Of a stretch of 64,000 nt of DNA, positions 45,027-54,478 are shown piece by piece. Numbering within the stretch: the stretch's first letter is position 1; each line of letters opens with the position of its first letter. Made by a program: the position numbers and the translations under genes. Location of the stretch: the NCBI GenBank assembly GCA_963732415.1, contig CAVSZK010000021.1:248197-312196 (forward strand), written 5' to 3'. This DNA comes from an uncultured Gammaproteobacteria bacterium. Lineage in GTDB: Bacteria; Pseudomonadota; Gammaproteobacteria; Steroidobacterales; Steroidobacteraceae. The notes beneath the pieces were generated by a model. The model had not been told where the DNA came from, did no database searches, and worked only from the letters and a program-made list of their open reading frames with translations.

Positions 45027-45958
45027 CGATCTGCGCGCAGCAGCAACGCCGGATCCACCATCGCCCTGTTGATCGCTACCCCGAAGTGCAGGTGCGGTCC
45101 GGTCACCCGACCCGTCGCACCGACCAGGCCGAGGACTGCGCCTGTCGCAACTTCCTGTCCCGGTTTCACGTCGATGCGGCTCATGTGGCAGTACATGGTC
45201 ACCACGCCCTCACCATGGTCCAGGAACACCGTGTTGCCGTTGAAGAAGAAGTCGCCTGTGTCGAGCACGCGGCCGGGCGCCGGTGCGCCGATCGGCGTCC
45301 CGGCCGGCGCGGCGATGTCCATGCCGCTGTGCGGGTTGCGCGCCTCGCCGTTGAAGAAACGACGCAGCCCGAAGCTGCTCGACCGCGCGCCGGCGACCGG
45401 TTGCCGCATGCTGAAATCCGGGATACGACCCGCCGTATAGGTGCCGAGCGCGGCGTCGATGCGTACGCGTTCGCGGTCAATTCGCGCCATGTCCTGTTCG
45501 TCGGGATTCACATGGTGCTTGTTCTTGACCTGCAACCGCTGCTCTTCGTACTTCCTGTCGGCGACATTGAATTCCAGCGGGCGTCCGGGCGCGGCGCCCG
45601 AGGTGGCCTGCGCCGGCCTCGCGTCGACCGAGGTAGCCTGCGCGGGGCGGGTTCCGCCTGCGGGCACCAACTGTGCCGCCTGCGGGCCCGGTTTCGTGTC
45701 GAGCGGGATGCCGATCACGGCGACCCAGTCCGGGCCGGATCGCAGCACCGGCGACCGGTGTTCGTTGAAAAACACTTCTCCCGGGACTGTGTCGGCTGCC
45801 CCGAGACTGACGATGGCGATGCCGCCCGGCACCCGTCGTTGCTCTGGCAGGTCGGCGGCGACCGCTGCCCAGGCCATGGCAAGCCCGCTGCAGAGCGCAA
45901 TCGTCCGGGCCGCGCGGCCATGTGTGCGGCGTACCTCGGCTCGCGTGCGCGACCTCAT
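45023..45958 (-). CDS. M23 family metallopeptidase (secreted)
   Basis: ATG 45958 overlaps the xseA stop (ATGA). The protein has a signal-like N-terminus and LytM motifs HSGMDIAAP and GATGRVTGPHLHF. The upstream 244 residues of the track ORF are an extension overlapping xseA. Confidence 0.85.
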   Translation of the reverse strand: MRSRTRAEVRRTHGRAARTIALCSGLAMAWAAVAADLPEQRRVPGGIAIVSLGAADTVPGEVFFNEHRSPVLRSGPDWVAVIGIPLDTKPGPQAAQLVPAGGTRPAQATSVDARPAQATSGAAPGRPLEFNVADRKYEEQRLQVKNKHHVNPDEQDMARIDRERVRIDAALGTYTAGRIPDFSMRQPVAGARSSSFGLRRFFNGEARNPHSGMDIAAPAGTPIGAPAPGRVLDTGDFFFNGNTVFLDHGEGVVTMYCHMSRIDVKPGQEVATGAVLGLVGATGRVTGPHLHFGVAINRAMVDPALLLRADR

Positions 45959-47355
45959 TCGATTACCGCCGGCTTGTCGCCGGGCATTGCAGCGAGCGCG
46001 GTGACCGTGGCCTTGAATCGACCGCGTGCGAGCCGGGTGTCTACTGTATCGCCGGGCGCCAGCGAGGCGGAGTCCATCAGCACGTGGCCGGTGGCGTCGG
46101 CGACGATCGCGTAGCCACGCTCCAGCGTCGCCAGCGGGCTCACGGCATTTAGAGTGCGCATCGCGACCTCGAACCGGCTGCGTTCGCCAGCCAGGCGTGA
46201 ACGGGCGACGGAGGCAAGTGCGCGAGAGCACGACGCGAGGCGGATGCGCCCGGCATCGAGCCGCAACACCGGCGAAGCGCGCGCGAGCAGGGCCGAGGCT
46301 GTCGTCGCGCGGGTGCGGGTGTCCTCGAGCCTGGAACGCATCGCGCGGCCCAGCCGGGTTTCCAGTTCGTCGAGGCGCTGGGCATGCTGGCGCAGCCGCA
46401 TGCCCGGGTGCGCCCTGGCCAGACGCTGCTCGCGCACCTGCAGCCGGGAGCCCAGGTCCGCCAGGCGCCGGCGTGCCGATTGCGACAGACGGCGTTCGGC
46501 CGTGGCGAAAGCACGCAGCCATTCGTCGCGGTCCGGCACCACGCGTTCGGCCGCCCCGCTCGGAGTCGGCGCGCGCAGGTCCGCCACCAGGTCGGCGATC
46601 GTGAAGTCGGTCTCGTGTCCGACGCCGCTGACGATCGGGATCGGGCAGGCGAACATCGCGCGCGCAACTGCCTCGTCGTTGAATGCCCACAGGTCCTCGA
46701 GCGAGCCACCGCCACGCGCGACGATCAGCACGTCGCAGTCGCCTCTCGTGGCCGCGAGCCGGATTGCCTGCTCGATCTCGCGCGGGGCCGACTCTCCCTG
46801 GACCGGCACCGGGTAGATCAGCACCCTGGCCGCCGGGAAGCGTCTGGCGAGCACGTGCAGGATGTCGCGCAAGGCCGCGCCGGTGGGCGAGGTGATTACC
46901 CCGATCCGGCCGGGCAGTCGGGGAAGGGCCTGCTTGTGTCTTTCGTCGAACAGGCCTTCGGCGGCGAGTTTCTGCTTCAGTTCCTCGAATCGGCGCCGCA
47001 GCGCCCCTTCTCCCGCCTCTTCGAGGTGTTCGACGACGACCTGGAACTCGCCCCTGGCCTCGTAGACGCTGACCCGGCCTCGGGCCAGCACCATTGCCCC
47101 GTCGCGGACCGGGAAGCGCACCAGCATGTTCCGCTGCCTGAACATGGCGCAGCGGACCTGTGCCGCCGCGTCCTTGAGCGAGAAATACCAGTGCCCGGAC
47201 GACGGGCGCGAAAGATTGGATATCTCACCCTCGAGCCACACCGAGCCGAGTCCGCGCTCGAGCAGCATCCGCGCCTCCCGATTGAGGCGGCTGATGGTGA
47301 AAATCTCGCGTGGGGGCGGGGAGTTGGCGCTCTCGTCGAGCCGGGGGTCGTGCAT
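45955..47355 (-). CDS. xseA: Exodeoxyribonuclease VII large subunit
   Basis: ATG at 47355 gives MHDPRLDES..IFTISRLNREARMLLE..VWLEGEISNLSRPSSGHWYFSLKD (466 aa). Divergent from guaB as in E. coli. Confidence 0.93.
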   Translation of the reverse strand: MHDPRLDESANSPPPREIFTISRLNREARMLLERGLGSVWLEGEISNLSRPSSGHWYFSLKDAAAQVRCAMFRQRNMLVRFPVRDGAMVLARGRVSVYEARGEFQVVVEHLEEAGEGALRRRFEELKQKLAAEGLFDERHKQALPRLPGRIGVITSPTGAALRDILHVLARRFPAARVLIYPVPVQGESAPREIEQAIRLAATRGDCDVLIVARGGGSLEDLWAFNDEAVARAMFACPIPIVSGVGHETDFTIADLVADLRAPTPSGAAERVVPDRDEWLRAFATAERRLSQSARRRLADLGSRLQVREQRLARAHPGMRLRQHAQRLDELETRLGRAMRSRLEDTRTRATTASALLARASPVLRLDAGRIRLASCSRALASVARSRLAGERSRFEVAMRTLNAVSPLATLERGYAIVADATGHVLMDSASLAPGDTVDTRLARGRFKATVTALAAMPGDKPAVIE

Positions 47356-47407
47356 GGTGGCATTGATCTTAGCGGGCGGGGCCCGGCGCACAAGGGACCC
47401 TCGCCGA

Positions 47408-47437
47408 TTTCCACGCGGAGCCCGCGCCCGGTACAAT
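47408..47437 (+). promoter_or_regulatory. Putative sigma70-type promoter of guaBA
   Basis: TTTCCA (47408-47413), an 18-nt spacer, then TACAAT (47432-47437), 34 nt upstream of the guaB ATG. AT-rich hexamers are rare in this GC-rich DNA. Confidence 0.35.
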
Positions 47438-47471
47438 TGCCCGCTTCCTTTTTCCACGCCCGGGACATGCC

Positions 47472-48941
47472 ATGCTGCGCATCCTAGAGGAAGCCCTCAC
47501 TTTCGATGACGTCCTGCTCGTTCCGGCCTTCTCCGAGGTCCTGCCGCACGAGGTGAGCCTCGGTACGCAGCTAACCAGGGACATCCGCCTGAACCTGCCG
47601 CTGGTGTCCGCCGCAATGGACACCGTGACCGAGCAGCGGCTCGCGATCGCCATCGCCCAGGAAGGCGGCATCGGAATCATCCACAAGAACATGAGCGCCG
47701 AGGCCCAGGCGCGCCACGTGGCCCGCGTGAAGCGCTTCGAGAGCGGCATCATCCGCGACCCCATCACCGTGCGTCCGGACATGACCATCCGCGAGGTCAT
47801 CGAGCTCACGCGCGCCAAGAACATCTCCGGCGTGCCGGTCGTGCTCGAGGGCAAGGCGGTCGGGATCGTCACGCACCGTGACCTGCGTTTCGAGACCAAG
47901 CTCGACGCGCCGGTGTCGTCGGTGATGACGCCGCGCGAGCGCCTGGTCACGGTGCGCGAAAACTCGCCGAAGGAAACAGTTCTCGCGCTGCTGCACAAGC
48001 ACCGCATCGAGAAGGTGCTGGTGATCGACGAGGCGTTTGCCCTCAAGGGCATGATCACCGTCAAGGACTTCCAGAAAGCCACCGAGTTCCCGCGCGCCTG
48101 CAAGGACGAGCGCGGTGCGTTGCGCGTCGGTGCCGCGGTGGGCACCGGTCCCGACACGCTGGACCGGGTCGCGGCGCTGCGCGAGGCGGGCGTCGACGTG
48201 ATCGTCGTGGACACCGCGCACGGTCACTCGCGGGGCGTCGTCGAGATGGTGGCGAAGATCAAGGCCAGGTGGCCGGCGCAGCAGGTCATCGGCGGTAACA
48301 TCGTCACGCGCGAGGCGGCGCTGGCGCTGGTCGACGCGGGCGCAGACGCGGTCAAGGTAGGCATCGGCCCGGGCTCGATCTGCACCACCCGCGTCGTCGC
48401 CGGAGTCGGCGTGCCGCAGATCACGGCCGTGGGCAACGTCGCGGCCGCGCTCGCCGAGCGGGGCGTTCCGCTGATCGCCGATGGCGGCATCCGCTTCTCG
48501 GGCGACGTGGCCAAGGCGATCGCAGCCGGCGCCTACAGCGTGATGATCGGCGGCCTGTTCGCGGGTACCGAGGAGTCGCCGGGCGAGGTCGAGCTCTACC
48601 AGGGCGCGTCGTACAAGTCATATCGCGGCATGGGGTCGCTCGGCGCGATGTCCCAGGCCCACGGCTCGCGCGACCGCTACTTCCAGGACACGACCTCGGA
48701 ACTCGAGAAGCTCGTGCCCGAAGGCGTCGAAGGGCGGGTGCCCTACAAGGGCAGCATCGTGGCCATCCTCCACCAGCTCACCGGGGGGCTGCGCGCAGCG
48801 ATGGGTTACACCGGAAGCGGCAGCATCGACCAGATGCGCACGCAGCCGCAGTTCGTGCGCATCACCGGCGCCGGCATGCGCGAGAGCCATGTGCACGACG
48901 TGACCATTACCAAGGAAGCGCCGAACTACCGTGTCCGCTGA
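47472..48941 (+). CDS. guaB: IMP dehydrogenase
   Basis: 489 aa beginning [18 protein letters not shown], with a CBS pair and catalytic loop [11 protein letters not shown]. Confidence 0.97.
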   Translation: MLRILEEALTFDDVLLVPAFSEVLPHEVSLGTQLTRDIRLNLPLVSAAMDTVTEQRLAIAIAQEGGIGIIHKNMSAEAQARHVARVKRFESGIIRDPITVRPDMTIREVIELTRAKNISGVPVVLEGKAVGIVTHRDLRFETKLDAPVSSVMTPRERLVTVRENSPKETVLALLHKHRIEKVLVIDEAFALKGMITVKDFQKATEFPRACKDERGALRVGAAVGTGPDTLDRVAALREAGVDVIVVDTAHGHSRGVVEMVAKIKARWPAQQVIGGNIVTREAALALVDAGADAVKVGIGPGSICTTRVVAGVGVPQITAVGNVAAALAERGVPLIADGGIRFSGDVAKAIAAGAYSVMIGGLFAGTEESPGEVELYQGASYKSYRGMGSLGAMSQAHGSRDRYFQDTTSELEKLVPEGVEGRVPYKGSIVAILHQLTGGLRAAMGYTGSGSIDQMRTQPQFVRITGAGMRESHVHDVTITKEAPNYRVR

Positions 48942-50532
48942 GCAGCCGACCGTGCGTCCGCCAGACATCCACGCGCACCGGGTCCTGATCCTCGATTTCG
49001 GCGCGCAGTACACGCAGTTGATCGCGCGTCGCGTGCGCGAGTCGGGCGTCTATTGCGAAATCCACCCCTGGGACTTGAGCGATGCAGATGTGCGGGCATT
49101 CGGCCCGCGCGGCGTAATCCTCTCGGGCGGACCCGAGTCGGTTACCGACGAAGTGCCTCCGCGGGCGCCGGCCAGCGTCTTCGAGGCCGGCGTACCCGTG
49201 CTCGGCATCTGCTACGGCATGCAGACCATGGCGCAGCAACTCGGCGGGCGCGTGACTCCGGCCGAGCATCGTGAATTCGGCTATGCGCAGGTTACCGTCG
49301 AGAAGCCGTGCCGCCTGTTCGACGGCCTGCGTGACCACTCCGACGCCGAGGGTCGTGCCGTGCTCGACGTGTGGATGAGCCATGGCGACCGCGTCGATGC
49401 GCTTCCGCCCGGGTTTGTCGCTGTGGCCGGAACGCAAAGCGCGCCGCTCGCCGCGATGGCGGACGAAACCCGGCGCTTCTACGCCGTGCAGTTTCACCCC
49501 GAGGTGACGCACACGCTGCAGGGCGAGCGGCTGATCGAGCGTTTCGTGCGCGAGATCTGCGGCTGCGAGGCGCGCTGGGAGCCGGGCAACATCGCGGCCG
49601 ATGCGATCGCCCGTGTGCGTGAGCAGGTGGGCGGCGACCGTGTGCTGCTGGGGTTGTCGGGTGGCGTCGATTCGTCCGTGGTGGCCGCGTTGCTGCACCG
49701 CGCGATCGGCGATCAACTGGTGTGCGTGTTCGTTGACCACGGGCTGCTGCGCGAAGGCGAGGGCGACCAGGTGATGCGCACGCTCGGCGAGCACATGGGC
49801 GTACGCGTGATCCGCGTGAACGCCGCTGAGCGCTTCCTCGCCGGGCTGAAGGGTGAGGCGGACCCCGAGCGGAAACGCAAGATCATCGGGCGACTGTTCG
49901 TCGAGGTGTTCGAGGAGGAATCGCACAAGCTCGAAGGCGTGCGCTGGCTCGCGCAGGGCACGATCTACCCGGACGTCATCGAGTCGGCCGGCGCGAAGAC
50001 GGGCAAGGCGCACGTGATCAAGTCGCACCACAATGTCGGCGGCCTGCCCGAGCACATGAAGCTGGGGCTGGTCGAGCCGCTGCGCGAACTGTTCAAGGAC
50101 GAAGTGCGCCGGCTGGGCCTCGAGCTCGGCCTGCCGCGCGACATGGTGTTCCGCCATCCGTTTCCAGGGCCGGGCCTCGGCGTGCGGATCCTGGGCGAGG
50201 TGTCTCAGGAATACGCCGACCTGCTGCGCAAGGCCGACAAGATATTCATCGACGAGCTGCGTGCACACGGGCTGTACGACAAGACCAGCCAGGCGTTTGC
50301 CGTGTTCCTGCCGGTGCGTTCGGTCGCGGTGATGGGCGACGGCCGTCGCTACGACTACGTGATCGCGCTGCGCGCGGTCGAAACGGTCGACTTCATGACG
50401 GCACGCTGGGCGCGGCTACCATACGAATTTCTCGATATCTGTGCACGGCGGATCATCAACGAGGTCAAGGGCATCTCGCGAGTCACCTACGACATTTCGG
50501 GGAAGCCGCCCGCGACGATCGAGTGGGAATGA
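48931..50532 (+). CDS. guaA: Glutamine-hydrolysing GMP synthase
   Basis: GATase domain ([29 protein letters not shown]), ATP-PPase motif SGGVDSSV, and C-terminal PPATIEWE. The GTG start overlaps the guaB end by 11 nt. Confidence 0.96.
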   Translation: MSAEQPTVRPPDIHAHRVLILDFGAQYTQLIARRVRESGVYCEIHPWDLSDADVRAFGPRGVILSGGPESVTDEVPPRAPASVFEAGVPVLGICYGMQTMAQQLGGRVTPAEHREFGYAQVTVEKPCRLFDGLRDHSDAEGRAVLDVWMSHGDRVDALPPGFVAVAGTQSAPLAAMADETRRFYAVQFHPEVTHTLQGERLIERFVREICGCEARWEPGNIAADAIARVREQVGGDRVLLGLSGGVDSSVVAALLHRAIGDQLVCVFVDHGLLREGEGDQVMRTLGEHMGVRVIRVNAAERFLAGLKGEADPERKRKIIGRLFVEVFEEESHKLEGVRWLAQGTIYPDVIESAGAKTGKAHVIKSHHNVGGLPEHMKLGLVEPLRELFKDEVRRLGLELGLPRDMVFRHPFPGPGLGVRILGEVSQEYADLLRKADKIFIDELRAHGLYDKTSQAFAVFLPVRSVAVMGDGRRYDYVIALRAVETVDFMTARWARLPYEFLDICARRIINEVKGISRVTYDISGKPPATIEWE

Positions 50533-51017
50533 CGGAGCAAGGGCCCGGCGGCTCACCGGCCGCCGCAGATCCGACCGATCTCGCGTTCATGTCGCGTGCG
50601 TTCGAACTCGCACGTGAAGCCGCCGCCGCGGGCGAGGTGCCGGTGGGCGCGGTGATCGTCAAGGACGGCCAGATCGTCGCAGAGGGGTGGAACCGCCCGA
50701 TCGGCACCTGCGACCCGACGGCGCACGCCGAGATCATCGCGCTGCGCGCGGCCGGCATTGCGCTCGATACCTATCGCCTGACCGACACCACGCTGTACGT
50801 AACGCTCGAGCCCTGCGCGATGTGCGCAGGGGCAATGGTCCACGCCCGGGTGAAGCGGCTGGTCTTCGGCGCGACCGACCCGCGCGCAGGAGCCGCTGGC
50901 AGCGTGTTCAACGTGGTGCAGAATGCGGCGCTCAACCACCGCATCGAATCGGACGGCGGCGTACTCGCGGAGCCGTGCGGCGCCCTGCTCAGGGATTTCT
51001 TCGCTGCACGCAGGTGA
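50529..51017 (+). CDS. tadA: tRNA adenosine(34) deaminase
   Basis: Deaminase motifs HAEIIALR and [11 protein letters not shown] 50529 overlaps the guaA stop (ATGA), and the track start GTG 50523 is also possible. Confidence 0.92.
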   Translation: MTEQGPGGSPAAADPTDLAFMSRAFELAREAAAAGEVPVGAVIVKDGQIVAEGWNRPIGTCDPTAHAEIIALRAAGIALDTYRLTDTTLYVTLEPCAMCAGAMVHARVKRLVFGATDPRAGAAGSVFNVVQNAALNHRIESDGGVLAEPCGALLRDFFAARR

Positions 51018-51035
51018 TCGTTTGGCGGCCCTTGT

Positions 51036-52463
51036 TCAGCGCTTCGTCGGTCCCTTGGCCGGCGGACCGGCCGCTTCCGGCCGCGCTTCACTCGCAACTG
51101 CCTCGGCGCCCGTTGGTGCCGGGCTGCCGGTACCCATGACCTCGAGGATGTCCAGGTAGGCCTGGACGTTTTCCACGTAGCGCACCGGTTCCCAGCCACG
51201 CGCGTAGCCGTGGCGCGTGCGCGTGTACCACTTCTCCTGGCTGAGCAGCGGCAGCGTGTCCCGGACATCCTCCCATCGGTCGGGATCGCGACCCAGCTGC
51301 TGGGCGAGGACCCTTGCGTCCTCGATGTGACCGTAGCCCACGTTGTACGCTGCGACCGCGAACCACGTGCGGTCGGGCTCGGGAATGCGGGACGGCACTG
51401 TTTCCATCATCCGCGCGAGGTATTTGGCGCCGCCGATGATGCTGGCCTGGGGATCGTGGCGGTTCTGGAATCGCATCATCGCAGCGGTATCCGCCGTCAA
51501 CTGCATGAGTCCGCGAGCGCCTGAAAACGACACTGCCGACGGATCCCACTTCGATTCCTGGTAGCCCATCGCGGCGAGCAGCCGCCAGTCGACGCGGTAC
51601 TGCAGGGCGGCGTTCTTGAACCACAGCAGGTAGAGCGGCAGGCGGCTCTCTACGTGGTCGATGAAATTACGTGACAGCAGGTAGTCGAAACTTTCGCCGT
51701 TCCCGAAGTAGCGGTCCAGCAGCAAGCCAACCGAGCCGTCGGCCCGCGACAGCGTGAAAAACGCATTGACGCGATCGAGGATGCTCGAATCATGGCTCGC
51801 CGTGCTCACGGCCCACGCGACCGCGCGTTCCGGCGACAGGTCCATGGCGATGGCGAGGTTCGGGTGCATCGGGCGATTGAGGGCGAATTCGGTGGAACTC
51901 GCGAGTGTGTACTGGGCCGTCCCTTGCGAGACCTCGTTCAGGATCTGCTCGGTGTCGGTGTCCGCTCGCTCGATCCAGGACAGGTCCGGCTCGGCCAGCC
52001 TCAATTCCTCCAGCGTGCGCAGGTGGGCGCTGCCGGCAGCCACTTCGATCCGGCCACGCCCGGCTGCCTTCATCGATGTGGGGCGAGGCGAACCCCGCCG
52101 CTGGACGAGGTGCTCGCGTACCAGTGCGTAGCCGGGGCCAAAACTGACTCCCTCCGGCAACGGAATGCCGGTAGTGATCCCGGCGGCCGCTATGTGGGCG
52201 CGTCCCGTCCTCACTTCGTTCAGCGCGGCCTCGCGGGTCCGCACGGTGTAAAGCCGCAGCGAGACGCCGAGGTCCTCGGCGAAGCGGCTGGCAAGTTCGT
52301 ACGCCAGTCCCTCCGGTCCATGGCTGCCCAGGTAGTAGGCATCCGGGCTGTTGCGGGTCGCTACCCGGAGTTCCCCGTCCGCCAGCACCCGCGTGAGCAG
52401 GGGCGGCGGCTGCGAACAGGTGGCCAGGGCCAGCGTCGCGACCAGTGCAAGCAAGGCTTTCAT
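51036..52463 (-). CDS. mltF: Membrane-bound lytic murein transglycosylase F
   Basis: ATG at 52463 gives MKALLALVATLALATCS (lipobox), an N-terminal solute-binding-like domain, and a C-terminal SLT domain (..MGYQESKWDP..GLMQLT..AYNVGYGH). Conserved tadA/mltF/purL neighbourhood. Confidence 0.88.
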   Translation of the reverse strand: MKALLALVATLALATCSQPPPLLTRVLADGELRVATRNSPDAYYLGSHGPEGLAYELASRFAEDLGVSLRLYTVRTREAALNEVRTGRAHIAAAGITTGIPLPEGVSFGPGYALVREHLVQRRGSPRPTSMKAAGRGRIEVAAGSAHLRTLEELRLAEPDLSWIERADTDTEQILNEVSQGTAQYTLASSTEFALNRPMHPNLAIAMDLSPERAVAWAVSTASHDSSILDRVNAFFTLSRADGSVGLLLDRYFGNGESFDYLLSRNFIDHVESRLPLYLLWFKNAALQYRVDWRLLAAMGYQESKWDPSAVSFSGARGLMQLTADTAAMMRFQNRHDPQASIIGGAKYLARMMETVPSRIPEPDRTWFAVAAYNVGYGHIEDARVLAQQLGRDPDRWEDVRDTLPLLSQEKWYTRTRHGYARGWEPVRYVENVQAYLDILEVMGTGSPAPTGAEAVASEARPEAAGPPAKGPTKR

Positions 52464-52471
52464 CGTTTGTA

Positions 52472-52477
52472 TAGAAT
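52472..52477 (+). promoter_or_regulatory. Putative -10 element for tRNA-Ser
   Basis: TTTGTATAGAATACG: the TAGAAT hexamer ends 11 nt before the first tRNA nucleotide. I see no convincing -35. Confidence 0.35.
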
Positions 52478-52488
52478 ACGCGACCCTC

Positions 52489-52581
52489 GGAGAGGTACCG
52501 AAGCGGTCATAACGGCGCCGACTCGAAATCGGATGGGGGCATAACAGCCCCACGTGGGTTCGAATCCCACCCTCTCCGCCA
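52489..52581 (+). tRNA. tRNA-Ser (anticodon CGA)
   Basis: Acceptor GGAGAGG/CCTCTCC, anticodon loop CTCGAAA, long variable arm (GGGGGCATAACAGCCCC), T-arm GTGGG-TTCGAAT-CCCAC, encoded CCA. Confidence 0.93.
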
Positions 52582-52649
52582 ATTTATCCCTGGCCGCGCA
52601 GCGGCCGGCACCCGGCTCGCCGGTGCCGGTTCCGGAGGCATCCCCGGAT

Positions 52650-54008
52650 TCAGCTGTCGTTGCGTGTGCCGCGTCGCGAGGACATTTCCGCGCGTGCAGC
52701 CTCGTATGCGCTCGTGAAAGCTTCCGTGAACGGGTGCGGCAGTCCCTCGGCGCCGTTCTGCGTCACCACCCGGAACAATTCGCAGTAGTGCTCCCAGTAC
52801 TTCGGGCGCGGGTCCTGCCCCGGCGCAATCGTGCGCGAGCGGCCATCCTCGAACTGGTCTGCGACGTTGGTCGGGGCGAGTTGCGCGAGCAGGACGGAGA
52901 GTCCCTCGCGGATCGCGGAATTGACCGCGGCTTCGTGCTCCTTGGCTTCGAGCAGCACGTCACGCAGCGCCTCGACGGGCCCGCCGATCGAGCGGCCGTG
53001 CGACTCCAGCAGACGCGTGAGCGCCTGTTCGACGCTGGTCGAGTTGCGCAGCGGGTTGCTCAGGGTTGCCGGCGCCGGCACCGGCTGTGTCGAAGGGCCT
53101 GCCGCGGCGCGAGCGTGCTGCAGGTCCGTGACGCCGACGACTGCCTCGCGCAGCAGCTGGCCAGCGACCAGCGGAAGCATCGACTGGGCCTCGGGCGTCA
53201 GCGTTGACGGATCGATGCCTGCACCACGGCAGAACGCATGTACCGCCGTGCCGAGGTCGGTCCACGCGCTCGCCTGCTGGTGGAACGGCAATGTGTGCTG
53301 GCGTGCCTCGATCCGGCTCTGCCGCCGGGCCAGCGCGTCGGCGAGTTCCTGGCGCGTGACTGCCCGGGTCTTCAGCGCCCAGTCGGCGGGCTTCGCCGAC
53401 GCAGGCTCCGGCGCGTCGTCCGGCGGCGCGTCGTCCGGCGGAGCAGCCTGCTCCTGCCGAGGCTCGTCGTCGCCGGCGTCAGGCTCGTCCTGCGCTGCCG
53501 CTGCTGCGCTCTCCCGGAAATCCTTCGGCAACTTGAGCCCGAACGCATTGCGGATCGAGATCGAGCTCGAGTCGCCCGCGTCGCGCTGGGCGAACAGGCT
53601 GTCGACGTCGAAACCCGCGTTGATGCCGGAATCCAGATGCTGTTCGGCCGAGTCCAGCTCCGAGGCCGCAGGCAGGAAGTCGATGCGGTCATCGACACTT
53701 ACCAGGATCTCGTAGTCGCCCATGCGCAGGCGGTCCCCGTCCTGCAGGGTCACGGGTCCGGTCTCCGCGACCGTGTCGTCCGAATCGTTGACGAACACGC
53801 CGTTGGTGCTGTGGTCATTGATCCAGAAATGCCCGGTGCGGTACGTGATGTCGCAGTGGTGTCCTGAGACGAGCCGCTTCTGGTCCGGCAATACCCAGTC
53901 GTTGTCCGGGGCCCGGCCGATGGAACCGCCGTTCACGCCGAACACGCGGGAGCGGTGTTCGCCGAGTTCCCGGTACTGGTCGCTGATGACGCGGAGCTTG
54001 ATGGCCAT
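52650..54008 (-). CDS. FHA domain protein resembling the T6SS-associated TagH family, orphan
   Basis: ATG at 54008 gives MAIKLRVIS... It has an N-terminal FHA domain (GSIGRAPDNDWVLPD..VSGHHCDI..HSTNGVFVN), an acidic Pro-rich linker, and a C-terminal region (NPLRNSTSVEQALTRLLES..PVEALRDVLLEAKEHEAAV..) like the TagH/ImpI C-terminal domain. Confidence 0.72.
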   Translation of the reverse strand: MAIKLRVISDQYRELGEHRSRVFGVNGGSIGRAPDNDWVLPDQKRLVSGHHCDITYRTGHFWINDHSTNGVFVNDSDDTVAETGPVTLQDGDRLRMGDYEILVSVDDRIDFLPAASELDSAEQHLDSGINAGFDVDSLFAQRDAGDSSSISIRNAFGLKLPKDFRESAAAAAQDEPDAGDDEPRQEQAAPPDDAPPDDAPEPASAKPADWALKTRAVTRQELADALARRQSRIEARQHTLPFHQQASAWTDLGTAVHAFCRGAGIDPSTLTPEAQSMLPLVAGQLLREAVVGVTDLQHARAAAGPSTQPVPAPATLSNPLRNSTSVEQALTRLLESHGRSIGGPVEALRDVLLEAKEHEAAVNSAIREGLSVLLAQLAPTNVADQFEDGRSRTIAPGQDPRPKYWEHYCELFRVVTQNGAEGLPHPFTEAFTSAYEAARAEMSSRRGTRNDS

Positions 54009-54057
54009 GGTACGGATGTACTTGTAATATGCTTGGACCCGAATCTGCAAGCACACC

Positions 54058-54396
54058 ATGGCCGCCAGCAACATTTTCAAGGTAGTTTTCCACAACCAGG
54101 GCAAGGTTTACGAGATCTATGCGCGCAAGGTCGGGCATGGATCGCTGTTCGGCTTCGTCGAGGTCGAGGAGCTGATATTCGGGGAGCGTTCGGCGGTGGT
54201 CGTGGACCCGTCCGAGGAGCGCATCCAGTCTGAGTTTGCCGGTGTAAAGCGCACCTACCTGCCGCTGCATGCGGTGATTCGCATCGACGAGGTGCGCAAG
54301 AGCGGCGTGAGCAAGGTCGTCGCTGCAGAGGGTTCGAACGTCACGCAGTTCCCGTATCCCGTGTACACGCCCGGCGACCCTGGAACGCGTCGCTAG
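54058..54396 (+). CDS. Small conserved protein, DUF1820-like
   Basis: 112 aa containing FKVVFHNQGKVYEIYARKV..LFGFVEVEELIFGERSAVVVDPSEERIQSEFAGVKRTYLPLHAVIRIDEV. This matches my memory of the DUF1820 family pattern, but I could not confirm it with a search. Confidence 0.68.
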   Translation: MAASNIFKVVFHNQGKVYEIYARKVGHGSLFGFVEVEELIFGERSAVVVDPSEERIQSEFAGVKRTYLPLHAVIRIDEVRKSGVSKVVAAEGSNVTQFPYPVYTPGDPGTRR

Positions 54397-54478
54397 CGTG
54401 GGTTTTCCGGGCTGGCCCGGGCAGGGGCGCTCCGGTATGATTCCGCGCCCCTGCCAGACCGGCTGCGGCACTTAAGGC

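Noticed and set aside
52582-54478. Genomic island integrated at tRNA-Ser
   Set aside because: There is no integrase, no direct repeat of the tRNA 3' end at the far side, and GC content and codon bias look native. It is treated only as a small insertion relative to conserved synteny.
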